Below, piece by piece: positions 25,290 through 38,143 of a DNA stretch of 64,000 nt; position 1 is the first letter of the stretch; every line of letters begins with the position of its first letter. The stretch comes from Microthyrium microscopicum. Its lineage: Eukaryota. The notes beneath the pieces are model-generated. The model had not been told where the DNA came from. It saw only the letters and a program-made list of their open reading frames with translations, and did not search any database. Position numbers and translations under genes: made by a program. Location of the stretch: the NCBI GenBank assembly GCA_010405405.1, contig MU004235.1, positions 1,006,538 through 1,070,537 of the forward strand. The letters run 5' to 3'.

Positions 25290-26512
25290 ATGAAGCTCGT
25301 CAAGCAAAATATAACAAAGCATGACCAGTCGGGCAGTGTAACGCTGACCCCAGAGGAGCCTGAAGATATGGTTTGCGACAACTATACCCAACTTAGTCAT
25401 CACTTGCTAACTTTTCACAGTGGCACATATACAACCTCCTTCGATCTGGCGATATCCTCCGAGCGCCCGCTGTTCGTCGTGTAGTTAGCGAGAGCCAGAG
25501 CGGCGCCGTCGGTTCCAAGAGAGTTCACACGACCTTTACACTTCGTGTAACCGCTCTCGACTTTGACACCGCCGGCTGCGAGCTACACGTGAGTGGCAAG
25601 ATCTGCGTCGAGAACCCATACGCCAAGATGGGTAGTTTCCATACCTTGGACCTGGAACTTTTCCGTAATTTCGAGATAGAAAAGGCCGATGGATGGGACA
25701 GTGTGGCGCTGGAAATGCTGAAAGATTCGATCAACACTGTATCCCACGCAAAAGTGTGGATCGTGCTCTTTGGTCTGACAAAAGGAACTGCAAACATATG
25801 GTACATGACGGATCATCGAACTATTGGTCCACAGCGCGTTGAAGTACACATACCTAGTAAACTCGACGACGCAAAGGCAACAGAACGATTTAACAGCAAA
25901 CTTCTAGAAACGCTCATGCGGCTACTCGACCTTCCTGCGCCCACTACGAGCTCCTACGAGGCAAAACCACTCGTATTGGCATCACCAGCCCAGGTATCTG
26001 CCGGCAAATTTGCTGAATATATGAAGCATGTTGCCACTCACGGCACGCAGAACAAACCACTCCTCATACAATCACGCAATATCGTTCTCACCACAGCCTC
26101 CAGCGACAACTCCAGCGGACTATCCGAGATCCTAACCAATCCAGCGCTAAAAGCCCAGTTAGGCGACACAAGATATGCCCGTGAGAATGCGCTTATGGAC
26201 AAAATCGAAGACTATATTAGGCTCGACGATGGCCGAGGCTGGTATGGCCCCAAAGAAGTCACCAAATGCGTCGACAAGGGCGCAGTCACAGGCGGTGGTG
26301 CTCTCCTCATGAACAACCGCTTATTTCGATCACAAGATCCCGCCGAGCGACACAAGTGGGTGAGTCTGGTGGACCAAGCTAAAGCACAAGGAGCAGAAGT
26401 TCGCATCCTCAGCGAAGTACACGAGAGTGGCAAGCGACTCGAAGTTTTAGGAGATATAGCTTGCATCTGCTCTTTTCCAGTTTATGACATTGAGGAGGAA
26501 GACGATGAGTAA
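25290..26512 (+). CDS. DOM34: Pelota/Dom34 ribosome rescue factor
   Basis: MKLVKQNI...GSVTLTPEEPEDM|WHIYNL (intron 25371-25420); GSFHTLDLE, WDSVAL, WYGPKEV, HESGKRL. Confidence 0.95.
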
Positions 26513-26740
26513 GGTAGTTCATGTTCGGCACCACAATTCGATATTTCCAAGGTTCCTCAAAATACATCATAGCAGGGCGTTTGGACGGAGGGATCACAGC
26601 AGCGCAATACAACCACCTAGCCTGGTAGTAGTTATAAATATACCCACTATACAATTTCCCATATCTTTCTTGCCTCTCCATGGAAAATACTGTCCAGGTC
26701 AATCCTCTGCAAATCTTTCCCCTAACAAGGCCCATGCCCA

Positions 26741-26788
26741 CCCATATCCCAACCTCAGCCTTCCCATATCCCAACCTCAGCCTTCCCA
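26741..26788. repeat. Perfect 22-bp tandem duplication
   Basis: cccatatcccaacctcagcctt x2 plus ccca. Confidence 0.9.
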
Positions 26789-27967
26789 CAGAACGACCTA
26801 GGCACTTCCATCACTTGTACCACTACAACCCATCAACCATACAATCCTACCATACCTACCTAGCTACATTCCTGGCCTCAACACCTCCCGCTGCCACGCC
26901 GTCTCCCGCTCCCAGGCACCGCTCCCGCAACTATGATGCACAGCAATCCGTCCCCTCCATCCAGCGCCGTCCATTCTTTCCATGTATATTCTTATCCCAG
27001 AGCCCAGCCTAGCCGACATTGACCGTCATGCCAACAGCCGAGTTCTTGGGCATTAGCCCACGCTAGCTCGTTGTAGCACCTTGCTTTTGTGTCCAGATAC
27101 AGTGCGATATCTGTGCAACAGAAGAATGCGAGAGAAGGAATTGTACGTGCTACGAATGGGGTGCGTGTGACGCGGGATCTCGTGATCGGAGGCCTCTACT
27201 GACGATGCGGTGTGACTTGTTTTGGAGAAATGCCGAGGGAGGATGCAGAACGGCGATGAGAAGTTGGACAGATACGTACGGGTATGTTAAGTTTGTGGAG
27301 GTTGCTTACGGTGTGAGTCACGGACTTGAGATTATATTAGAGGTCAGAGATAGAATCAATGATAGGAATCTAGCGGTTTCAAGTTATTATGATCACAGAG
27401 AGCTAAGCTAAGGTTCCCGAACATGCATTTTCATGTCTTATGTCTAAGAGATAGCTACCCGCCTAGCCCGCTTGAGAGATACAGGGTTCCGTGGAAAATA
27501 ACGTGCAAGAAAGCTAGCCTAGCATACCACGGTACCGGGACTTTTTCGTGCTGCTGTAAGACATGCTGTATAGAAAACAATTACAAGTTGCGCTTCCGCG
27601 AGTTTCCCGCATGCTGCAGCAAACGTTCAAGGAGACTGAGAGAAGAATTGGGCAAGGTTTCTGGTAAAAGTAGGAAGTACGAGTCGCTGAGTATTGTAGC
27701 ATTGGGACTGTTGGTGTCAACGACGCGGGAGTCGTTTCTGCTGGTGAATGAAACTTACCCAACCATACTAGTTTTGGGTGGAGTATTGGGTATCGGTGGT
27801 ATGATGGGTTAAAACTGGTCGAAAAAGATGATATCTTGACCAGGTTAGACGTATGATTCGTGCGCATATGCACGGTATTAGACATTCCGTATTTCGGAGC
27901 GACAGGTCGTTGAGGAGGCTGATTTTCCATGCTGGAAGTCCGGATGGCTCCAGGAGATGGGTTAGCA

Positions 27968-28896
27968 CTATGATGAAGATAGAGCTGATTCCTGACTGGA
28001 GAGAAGTGTATACACTGGAGCATCGAGTAGGTCACGGCCTTTCAAGAAGTCAAGTTCAAGAATGAAGACGTAGCCCATAAGACTGCCACCAAGCGTTTTG
28101 ACCAGAGAACCTGCGGCATACGCAGAACCGCCTTTGAGAACTTGTTAGTATCTGCATATGTAAGTCTAAATGAGTTACTCACCAGTTGCAATAATATCGT
28201 CCACAATCAACACTTTCTGCCCAGTCTTAATCGCATCACTCTGTAACTGGAAGAAATCCTCGCCATACTCCTTCTTATAGCTAGCAGTCTCTGTTGGACC
28301 CGGTAGCTTTCCCCTTTTGCGGACAGGCACGAATCCAGCATTCAGTCTCAGTGCTAGACTGGGTCCGAAAAGAAACCCACGAGCGTCGAGTCCAACAACG
28401 ATATCCGGTTTGCTACCGCCAAAGGCTTGCAAGACGTGAAGCTCCAGAGCACGAATCAAAGAAGTGTGAGTAGTTGGATTGGCGAATATTGGCATGATGT
28501 CTTCAAAAAGGATTCCTGGTGATGGAAAGTCGGGGAATTGGCGCAGTGCTGAACGGAGACTTATCGTAAGACCTGATAGTGTTAGCATACCATAGATTCT
28601 AGGGAGCAGAATGAATGAAGCACGGCTTGATATCCATATGTCTTTGATATGATATCAAGCAATCCTACGAGCGCATGTTATAAGGGGTATATCTCACTGG
28701 CGAGTTCGGCGGCGGTGGAGGCGGCGGTTGCGGGCTCTCCTCTCGAGGCTCCATGACTGGAAGAATGATCACCAACGTTTACCGTTGGATCACGCTGCGG
28801 GTGAGAGGAAGTGGATATAGGATGCTGGTGAGAGCTACCACTGTCTTGCGCCTGAGACTGAATGGACGGCGAGATGGAGGAGTTGGGATCGGTCAT
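27968..28896 (-). CDS. APT1: Adenine phosphoribosyltransferase
   Basis: FPDFPSPGILFEDI, VGLDARGFLFG, VRKRGKLPG, VLIVDDIIATG|GSA. Introns 28573-28697 and 28132-28182. Confidence 0.95.
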
Positions 28897-30741
28897 GGCG
28901 AAGAGAAGAAAAAGAAGGGAGCAGAGCAAAGGCTAGGCAGTAGGGCGATTGATATATGAGCCAACGATTCAACGTCTGGGCTTTTTGGCAATGGTGGGTA
29001 CGTACAGATCAGAGACAAGACCTGATGCGGCGGATAAGAGATGGCACAGTTACAAACATGGGCAGCACAAAGCTTGGGGAGCCTACAAGCCTGGAGGGGT
29101 GAAGAGCTACACGCAACGGATAGGTTAATTGTGCTAATAATATGCTTCTCCTAGACTAGTTTGGGATCGATAGCGTCCGAGGTTGACACAAGCAGCTAGT
29201 TTTTGTTAGTTTTAAGCACATGGCACTTTTGATGTCGACATTCAGAGAAGGAGTGGAAAAGAGCAATGAGTTGAAAACGTATCAAGTTGACGAATTGATG
29301 AAAAAAAGAGTGGATCTTCGAAAACTGGTCGGGCTCTCCATCCAGGACCACCACACCACACTCATCAAACAATTGACAAACGTGGGGTGTCTAAACAAAA
29401 GAACCCTTCGCCCTTGGCAATTGCGGAGAGCCAGATCAATGCAATTGCGATGCAGATACCAATCATACCCAGCAATTCGCCCATGGCCGCGGTCCTTGCA
29501 CATCTGCAGAGGTTATGAGACAACCTCTAGAGTCTGGACATATCTCTCTCACCAGCCGCGGGTGGAACCGTGGTGTTTATTTAGACTGACGGCAGGATCC
29601 CGCAATGCCGCACCAATGTATTCACAATGTAGCCTGGTTGATACAGAAGGCATGGCATGACTGCTAGTAGCACAAGGTTGTTGATCCAACAGACGCAGGT
29701 CTAAGTTGATCGTTACACCAGCTAAAGCACGAGAAAGAAAAAATTGAATATTATTTAGACCCTTGATGCGGGTTTGATGCGGACCGTGATATATTGACTG
29801 TTTCCCTGTAGTAGTATCCCTGATCCATGAGATTTTGATAGCTTGATGCGGCATACCTAGGCGCGAAATAATGCTGCTGTGGTGCAAGTCGTGCAACGCT
29901 TCCATGGCTTGATATCAGTATGGATTTGAGATACTAGTATCTTGCATTACACTGTCAAATGTAAAAAAGCGAATAAGGCTACTAGTGGTGTATAGTATTC
30001 TAGAAGGTAATATCAGCATCTTGATATTGACCTGTTATGAAGCTTGGGCAATCCTATCAACCATATCCTGAAGTGCTCGGACGAGCCTCTGAGCGCATTA
30101 GTGAGCATCCCAGTTTCTCTCAAGTCATCTCAATCCAGCCGTGTGCCTGCAAATCTTCCCAAACATCTTTATCAAGTCCCTCTGCGGTTAGGCACGGGCT
30201 TCCACCTCTACTTGTCTTGACCAAGCATACCCACGGATCAACATCATGGTTTCTTATACAACTACTTGACCGGTATTTCAGGCTTCCAGCTACAGTGCAG
30301 TAGCTGGACTTGAAGCGAGCGGGGACTTTGGCTGATTGGGAATGGGAACTGTAGGTTTTGATGTAGCTCTAGCGATAAAACGCGGGGAAGAAAGAAGGAA
30401 TATTTCAAGTTGCGCGCTTTAGAAGAGGCGGTCAAGAACGATATCTGACGCAATTATCAAATACTGATGCAGTTCAGTCCTAGTGGATTGGCCATTGGTG
30501 GAGACAGCACGTAGACATGCCGCGTCGTAAGGCTGAGATTATGGTAGGCTTTGATACTGTTAGTTAGCAGCACGGGAGGATATCGGGTCAAGTAGCCTCA
30601 AGTAAGTTGGACTTGACGATGACGGGCCGGAGCGGCTCATTAGTACGCCGCGCACATACTCCATTGATCTTCAATGCAAAGAGGACAGACACACCATATG
30701 ACAAACATAGGAATGGCATAATTGCATGGATATATGCTTCT

Positions 30742-32635
30742 TTAAACCTGACTGTCTCCTCCCTCTTGTTCTTCAGGAGTAAAGGGCCTCCACGGCCTCT
30801 TCCACCACTTGAGCTTAAGCCAACCGCTATCTGCGCCATGTTGTCCATTCCCTTCACTGCGTCTCCTGCTTTGTCCACTTGATCTCCACGGCCGATGCCG
30901 ACGAACGGTGCCATCGCCTTCTGCTTCATCTGTCTCGTCCCCCGATTCAATGGGCGGAGCATCGTCGTCATCTGCCACGCGGCGTTGCTTGCCTTTGTCC
31001 CATGTTGGCCATCGAATATTAGAACCGAAGGTGCCGAATAGGTTGCTGGAGGACCGGCCTCTTTGAGATAAAGTTGGTGTACTGGTGCGTTTATGTCGAC
31101 GCATCAGTCTTGTTGCGCTTGGACTTCGTTGCATTTGCGGGGAGAAAGCTCCTGAGAAGCGCCGTGTTTCGTTGCTATCGTTGTTTAGGTCGTCCCATAG
31201 ATCTGTAGTCTCCTCTGGGACTGTCAAACGTCGAACTCGTGGTGGTCGAAATGACTGCTCCTTTCTCGGTGTTTTGGCCATTCTCCACATAGGCGCGGTT
31301 TGGGTCCGCAAAAGAGGCGTGCTTTCGCTAGCCGAATTGGGGTTGTAGTGTAGATGTTTGGCATGGCTCACGGTATCATCTTGGTCGCCAGGACGAATGA
31401 AAGCTGATTCATCTTCAAACGGCTCTTCAGTCTCCACAAGGCCCATGCCTGGTACGAGCGCAGAGTGTGTTGTTCCTACACGAGCTGCTGCCTTGCTGTC
31501 CGAGGCCGGAGCCTGTGATTGGTATTCCGGATCGAGTCGCCAGCTGAGAGCGAACACACCTCCAAGTAAAATCACCGTGCCTAAAGCTATAAGACCGGCG
31601 TGCAATGGAGATATCCTGGAAGCCTGACGGAAATAGATGAGTCCATCCAAGATGGCTATTATGTTGTATACGCAGAAAACAAAGGGATACAATACGCTTG
31701 TGGAGCATAGCTTCAAGCCTCGGTGTAAATAATACAGTTGTGCAATGGCTAGAAAAACAAGGCCGACCAGAATCATCCACGATTGCCAACGATTAAATTG
31801 ATTGTTGCGATCAACAATAGTTCGAACCAGGAGCTCCACGGCGGATTTGGCGAGAAGTAGACAGTGTGCTGATAATATACCGCTTAGACTTCCATATGCT
31901 AAACCCAGCATAAGCCGGGCGCGGTGTGTCAAGCGATGTCCGAGTCTTTCCTGAAGAATTATTGCCACAAGGATAGCACCAACGACGAAAAAAGTTCCAA
32001 CTACCCAAATGAGGAACTGTTTCTGGCCAAGGAGGAAGAGAAGTTGGTCCAGATTATGGGATGGTTCAGACATTGCTCCAAATAGTGCAATCAGGACGGC
32101 GCCCGTGGCTACCAGTAAAGTACCGACGACGGAGAAATATGTAAACGTTTCCTGGAGAAGAATTGTGGCACATGCTGTGTTGAATACGAGGCCGGACTAT
32201 GTATGTTAGCGACGACTCTTGCAGACACTTGGGTCGAATGGTCATACAGCTTGTAATGTTGACAAGACGGGCAGGGGTAAGGTGGTGATCTGAATAGTGC
32301 TTCCAACGATATTCGATATGAGGAACATTAGCATGCCCAACTAACTTCAGGTTAATGTTGGTTTTCCAAATATAGAATACAAAACCATACCTGCCACCGC
32401 CTCCTCTTGTATGGAGGTCGCCTTTCATAGTCGTACTCATTCTCCTCTTTTTGCTCTTCTAATAGATGCGACTTGCGCTGAAGCGTCAGGCCGACACTCT
32501 GTATGCACGTAGATAACAGGCCGACCACAACTCCGAGCTATATGGACAATGAACGTCAGCCACTGCCCTAATAGGCAATGAGAGAACATTGCGACTTACG
32601 GCAACGGTGCCGCCACCGGTAGGCAGGCTGCCCAT
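30742..32635 (-). CDS. NIPA/DUF803 magnesium-transporter-like membrane protein (multi-exon)
   Basis: Exon 1 MGSLPTGGGTVA; TLQRKSH; GILSAHCLLLAKSAVELL; QLYYLHRGLKLCSTSVLYPFVFCVYNIIAILDGLIYF. Confidence 0.85.
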
Positions 32636-33204
32636 ATCTGTTTACAAAAATTGGGGATTTTGTTTTATGCGAGTACAGCCCCGTTACCACCCCTCAGTCA
32701 TATTGACAGGCCTGGCTACAGCCCGAGATTCCCACAAGGAGGTTTGTTGTCAGGACGGATGGAGGTAAACGCTGAAGCGGTATATGTATTGGGGGCGCAA
32801 TAGCGGTAAGTGGAGGGCGAGTGGTAGGACGATTCGAGATGGAAACGTGATAGGAGTATCACAGGACAGAAGGAGAGGTAGATGATAGAATATGCGACAA
32901 CAGGGAGGATGAGTGCGTGAAGAGTATGAACCGAAGTAGAATCATCTGGGTCAAGTAGTGCGACGATGATGGACATCGCTGTCTTGGCCAAGTCAAGGGC
33001 CATAGGGGCAATATGGGCCAACAGGGGGCGCTACTTGCCAGGGTGAGCAAGAGCTTAGTTCAATCTTCAGTCACAGCTTCAGTCCTGGAACTCCCCACCT
33101 TCCACCCTATCACGGCACTAATCAAGACACTTTACTGTGCTGAAGTCGACAATTCTTTTCCTTTCTACTTTATCTAAGCTCAAGGTCCCTCTAGTTCACC
33201 CGTC

Positions 33205-34003
33205 ATGTCGGCCATACACGCTCTTTCCGACGATCAGGTCATTACCTATCCATTTACTCGTGTGATGGACGCCTGCTAACAGCTTTCCGTCTGCAGGTCG
33301 CCGGAGAGTTGAAGAAGATGACTACCTTCATTCGACAAGAAGCCCTCGAAAAGGCCAAGGAGATCCAAATCAAAGCCGATGAAGAGTTTGCCATTGAAAA
33401 GTCCAAGCTCGTGCGTCAAGAGACTGCAGCCATTGATACCTCGTACGAAAAGAAGTTCAAGCAAGCTTCCATGTCTCAGCAAATTACTCGATCTACAGTA
33501 TCAAACAAGTCACGGTTAAAGGTGCTCTCCGCGAGACAAGAACTACTGGACGATCTCTTCGAACAGAGCAGAAAGAAGCTTGGCTCAGTCACCAAAGATA
33601 AGAAGAAATATGCGACTCTGCTCAAAGATCTTATATTGGAGGGACTATATCCGTTGAACGAGTCCAAGGTCCAGGTCAAAGCCAAAAAGTCTGACTTTGA
33701 AGCTGTTAAGAAAGCTGCAGAAGAGGCCGCAAAAGAATACAAGTCTAAAACCGGGAATGAGGTCAAGATTGAGCTTGATGAATCGAGTCCTCTACCGGCT
33801 GACTCGTGAGTACGGCCTCAATTGATACTCTGTGTTTGCTAACCAGGCTTAGAACGGGCGGAGTCACCATTTCAGGAACAGGCGGAAAGATTGAGATCAA
33901 CAATACTCTGGATGAGCGCTTGAGGCTATTGGAGAGCGAGGCACTGCCATCAATTCGGCATACACTCTTTGGAGATAACAAGAATAGACGATTCCATGAC
34001 TGA
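33205..34003 (+). CDS. VMA4: V-type ATPase subunit E
   Basis: [41 protein letters not shown]...[12 protein letters not shown]. Introns 33238-33296 and 33806-33852. Confidence 0.97.
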
Positions 34004-34685
34004 GCGAGTCGCGTTGGTGGTAATGTTACTTGAAAGCTGATATCGTGGTGGTGTGTTTATGGACTGTAGATTCAAGCATGCACGATTAGGATTTGCTCGT
34101 TTAGAGACGAGCAATCATAATATACTGTACTTATTTCACAACTGAATCGAATTGTGATATCTTCTGGTGACTGAAGTCTCCAAGGTTGTAGATAGCTATT
34201 TCTGGGTTGCTATATCCCCAGCCTCCTGTTCTGCCTGCTTCATACGCAGGTACCTGTTGATGGAAACGCCTGAAACAGGTGTGTTGATGGAACGATTAAC
34301 AGAGCCCCCACGTAAATCAAGCAAGTCACAAGAGACCAGGCAGAGTGAGCCCTGCCAATAATGGCCCAATAACACCGATCCATAGTGGAATGTGGCTGCT
34401 GGCTTTGCCTTGCTGCTGCAGTGCTGATGATGTCCTGGTCCTGTCCCACTACAACAAGCTGCGGCGAGTGACCAACCAGGTCTCATCCATCTACTCTACC
34501 TCTCTCTTGCAACCACTTCTTCTCTATTATACAACCCGGACCGCGATCGCTCACCTGCATAAATCAAATTATACCCTACACATCAATTGTACATACTCTA
34601 TTTTTCACTGCCGAACTCTTGATCTTCCTATATCTCCCGGTCTCTCTATCCTTCCCCACCCTCTCCTCTCCTCCTCCCGCCATCG

Positions 34686-36503
34686 ATGGCTCGGGACGAA
34701 GAACCGCTCCTTGCCCGCCGCGACACCGAAGCATCCATGGGTCAAGCAGAAGAAGACGCTCTCCTCACTGGCGAGCCCGTCCATCGTGGACCACGCCGAG
34801 GATGGGGATTCTGGAGGCAGATTGGTGTCTTTGCTTGGGCAGTGGTGGCCACTTTGGCGGTGATAGTGGTCGGTGTAGCATATCAAAAACAGTTGGCTGA
34901 TAAGAATACAACACAGAAGCCGACCGGCAAGCGCAACCTCATATTCATGGTTTCGGACGGCATGGGTCCCACGAGTCTCAGCTTAACGCGCAGTTATATG
35001 CAATACGCCCAAGATAAGCCATTCAACAAACAACTGGTCCTCGATAAACACATGATCGGCCAGAGTCGTACACGATCCTCGAGCAGTTTGGTTACCGACT
35101 CGGCCGCTGGAGCGACAGCCTTTTCGTGCGGTAAGAAGAGCTACAATGGGGCTATCTCTGTCTTGGACGACCACTCGCCTTGCGGAACCGTTCTTGAGGC
35201 GGCTCATAAAGCAGGATATCTGACTGGGCTGGTGGTCACTACCCGATTAACTGATGCTACGCCCGCTACTTTCGCGGCGCACGTCAATGCAAGGGATCAA
35301 GAGGATGAGATTGCTCGGCAGATGATAGGTGTTTCTCATCCTCTTGGCCGGGTCGTGGATCTCATGCTCGGTGGTGGCCGATGTTTCTTCCTACCTAAAG
35401 GAACGGCAGGAGCTTGTCGGTCAGATAATGAAGACGTCGTTGCAACGGCGAAAAAGATGGGCTGGTCGTATGCTTCCACTCGCAAGGACTTTGATGCCCT
35501 CAAAGGGGGAAAGTCTGTTAAGCTCCCCATGCTCGGTCTCTTCGCGACAGAAGATATTCCATACGAAATCGACCGTCGGAATGAAAGTGATATCTACCCA
35601 TCTCTTGATGAAATGGCTCGAACGGCCCTCACAGCACTCAGCGAAGCCACCAAAGACAGCGAACAGGGATTCTTCCTCATGATTGAAGGTATGTCAACTG
35701 TGCAAATCGCATTTCAGCAAAACTAACGTCACCCAGGTTCCCGAATTGACCACGCTGGTCACGCCAACGACCCCTCCGCTCAAGTCCATGAAGTTCTTGC
35801 CTATGACAAAGCATTCTCGTCTGTTCTCGACTTTCTTGAAAAGGACAGCACTCCAGGTGTGATGGTAGCCACCTCGGACCACGAAACTGGAGGTCTGGCA
35901 ACGGCGCGACAGCTTAGACCCACGTATCCAGATTACCTCTGGTACCCAGACGCACTGGCCAATGCGACATCCTCGTGCGAACGGCTTACTAGGCGATACT
36001 ACGAGTATCGCGAAGCTCATCCTGAAATCAAGAACCTCACCGATTACGTCGCCGAGTCTTTAAGAAAGGGCCTCGGTATTTACGACGCGACGCCTGCGGA
36101 GCTAGAAATCCTTGTCAATAACCCGGATTATGCACCCTACGGTTATGCTGATATGATCAGTCGACGATCGCAAACTGGCTGGTCTACTCATGGTCATTCT
36201 GGTAAGCTCCCCTCGCTTCTTCTGTTGTACCAAATACCCTGCTAACAGTCATTTACAGCTGCTGATGTAAACATCTACTCCTCCTGCAGCCACACCGCCA
36301 AAGCCCTCCAAGGCAACCACGAAAACACCGAAGTCGGCGCCTTCCTTCGCGAATATCTCGATCTTGACGTGGATGCCATCACCAAACAACTCCGTGGGCA
36401 TTCGGTCCTAAAACCTAGCTGGATGGGACCACTCCCAGCTGAAGGCGTGAGACTAGACGGCCAAAGCCACGTGGAGAAATATCACGGAAACTTTAAATAC
36501 TAG
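34686..36503 (+). CDS. PHO8: Vacuolar alkaline phosphatase (type II membrane protein)
   Basis: TM anchor; IFMVSDGMG, VTDSAAGATA (catalytic Ser), DATPA, IEG|SRIDHAGH, TSDHETGG, WSTHGHS. Introns 35689-35736 and 36202-36258; TAG at 36501-36503. Confidence 0.95.
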
Positions 36504-36821
36504 GAATGGTTGGAGGATGTGATTTTCCATAGAGAGAGGAGTACAGACGCGTATGTGTATCCGACAGATGGAAATGGGAATATTGTGGATAAACCGAATG
36601 AACAGAAACCACCCGACTCGAGTGCGGCAACTGGAAACATAACGGACGAACAGAAACCGACAGACTCAAGCCTGATCCCTGAGAACGCAACGGATGGAGC
36701 AACCGAGCAGAAACCAACAGACATCAAAGCACCGGTTGACAACGCAACGAGCGGTGGAAATACACAAAAACCAATGAAATTGAGCGAGAGCAAGCGACAA
36801 TATCCAACGATGAGATTATGA
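36504..36821 (+). other. In-frame 105-codon continuation after the PHO8 stop, with (E/T)QKP repeats and three N-X-T sequons
   Basis: Same frame as PHO8 (TAG GAA TGG TTG...). NEQKPPD / DEQKPTD / TEQKPTD / NTQKP; NIT, NAT, NAT. Confidence 0.55.
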
Positions 36822-38143
36822 AGATGAGAGTACGTAGTTGAACGAACAATTGGGCGAACGATGGAGGGATTCAGCCTAGAGGGAACTTGCACCTATTGAT
36901 ACCTATGCTGGAATTTTTCTCAACAAAGGGGCGGAGTAAATTCCTAGGAGGCTGGCGTTCATTTTTGTAGCGTATTGTTTTGATATGCGGTGTTCGGATA
37001 CCCAATTACATTACCTTTTTACCTTTTGAAAACTTTGTTGTCCGTGAGCGGTCGTGGAGACGGAGGGTGTTTGAATACTGTGAAACTAAGTGTGGAGGGT
37101 GGTTTGATTGGCTGTTGTTGTTGTATCTGATTGAGAGTTGCCGGCATGTGGGAAGAAATCGTAGCAAGGGACAATGATGATTTTGTACGGAGAAGTTGGT
37201 ATTCTAAATCACGATTCAGAGATCAGCCCAGTTGGTGATCAAATTGATCGTAAGAGTCAAAACCAAGCTGGTCATGATTGCAAAGGATATGTTCACAGCA
37301 ATAAGCACTCGTGCCCGGTATCATTTGATTGTAAGAGTATTCTTCATTTTCTGAATGTTACTGTGGTTCCACAACAGAATGAAATACAAGAAGCCCGATA
37401 CAAAGCAAGAGTCCCTCTCGAATGAGACTACAAGCAAAAACAACATCAAAAACCCCAATGTAGCTCCGCGGCTCCCAGAATACTTCCGAAGAGTCTGTTT
37501 AAACGCCTATTGTGTGTAACGCCGTTCCATGAGTTTGGGTGGGTATGGCTTTCAGTAGAACAGCCATTCCCAATTCGTCTATAAGAATAATGTAGTTTTA
37601 AAAGGGTTATAAAGTGGTGCCTTCTAGGCCTGTTGAGCATCGGTCTAGGGGTGTAGGATTGCGGTTGGCAAATGGCGACTTGTGCGCCCTTGTTTGGAGA
37701 AAAGGCTAAGATATGCTTTCCGATAGTCTGGTATTTCGAATATCAGGATGGCAGCTCCTGCTGGTGGAGGAATTAGAGGGCCGATAGGCGAAACAATAGA
37801 AGGTGTGTAAGGTTGTGTAAAGTAACCAAGACCGGGACTTTCGGTCGTCAACGCCAGCTAATGGCGAGTTACTGAGCCTGCTCATATATGAGCTGGACTG
37901 ATGAAAAGGGAAGAAATGGCCTATGTTGACTGCATACGAAGAGGTGGTGGGTTGGAGATGAAGAGGTCTGATCGGAATGGCGCTGTGTCCATAGTCAAGC
38001 TCTGTGTAGTAGCCAGTCGTAGGAGTCGAAATTAAACATTGGTGTATTCAGTGGAAGTCGTGGTTGATGTTCCAGCTTCGCATGTGTCTTTGGGCCGTTA
38101 AATATTTACAAAGAATAGAAGAAAGGGTCGTAATAGTTTTGGT

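Noticed and set aside
8442..26512. Apparent cluster of ribosome/RNA quality-control genes (RPL24, RQT4, SEN1, DOM34)
   Set aside because: Interspersed with unrelated genes; compatible with chance in a housekeeping-rich region unless synteny says otherwise.
29000..30700. Several 60-146 aa ORFs between APT1 and the NIPA gene
   Set aside because: No motifs, splice structure or coding-like composition recognised.
34247..34292. Direct repeat CAGGT..TGTTGATGGAA upstream of PHO8
   Set aside because: Only two short copies, no match to Pho4 or PacC consensus; function unsupported.
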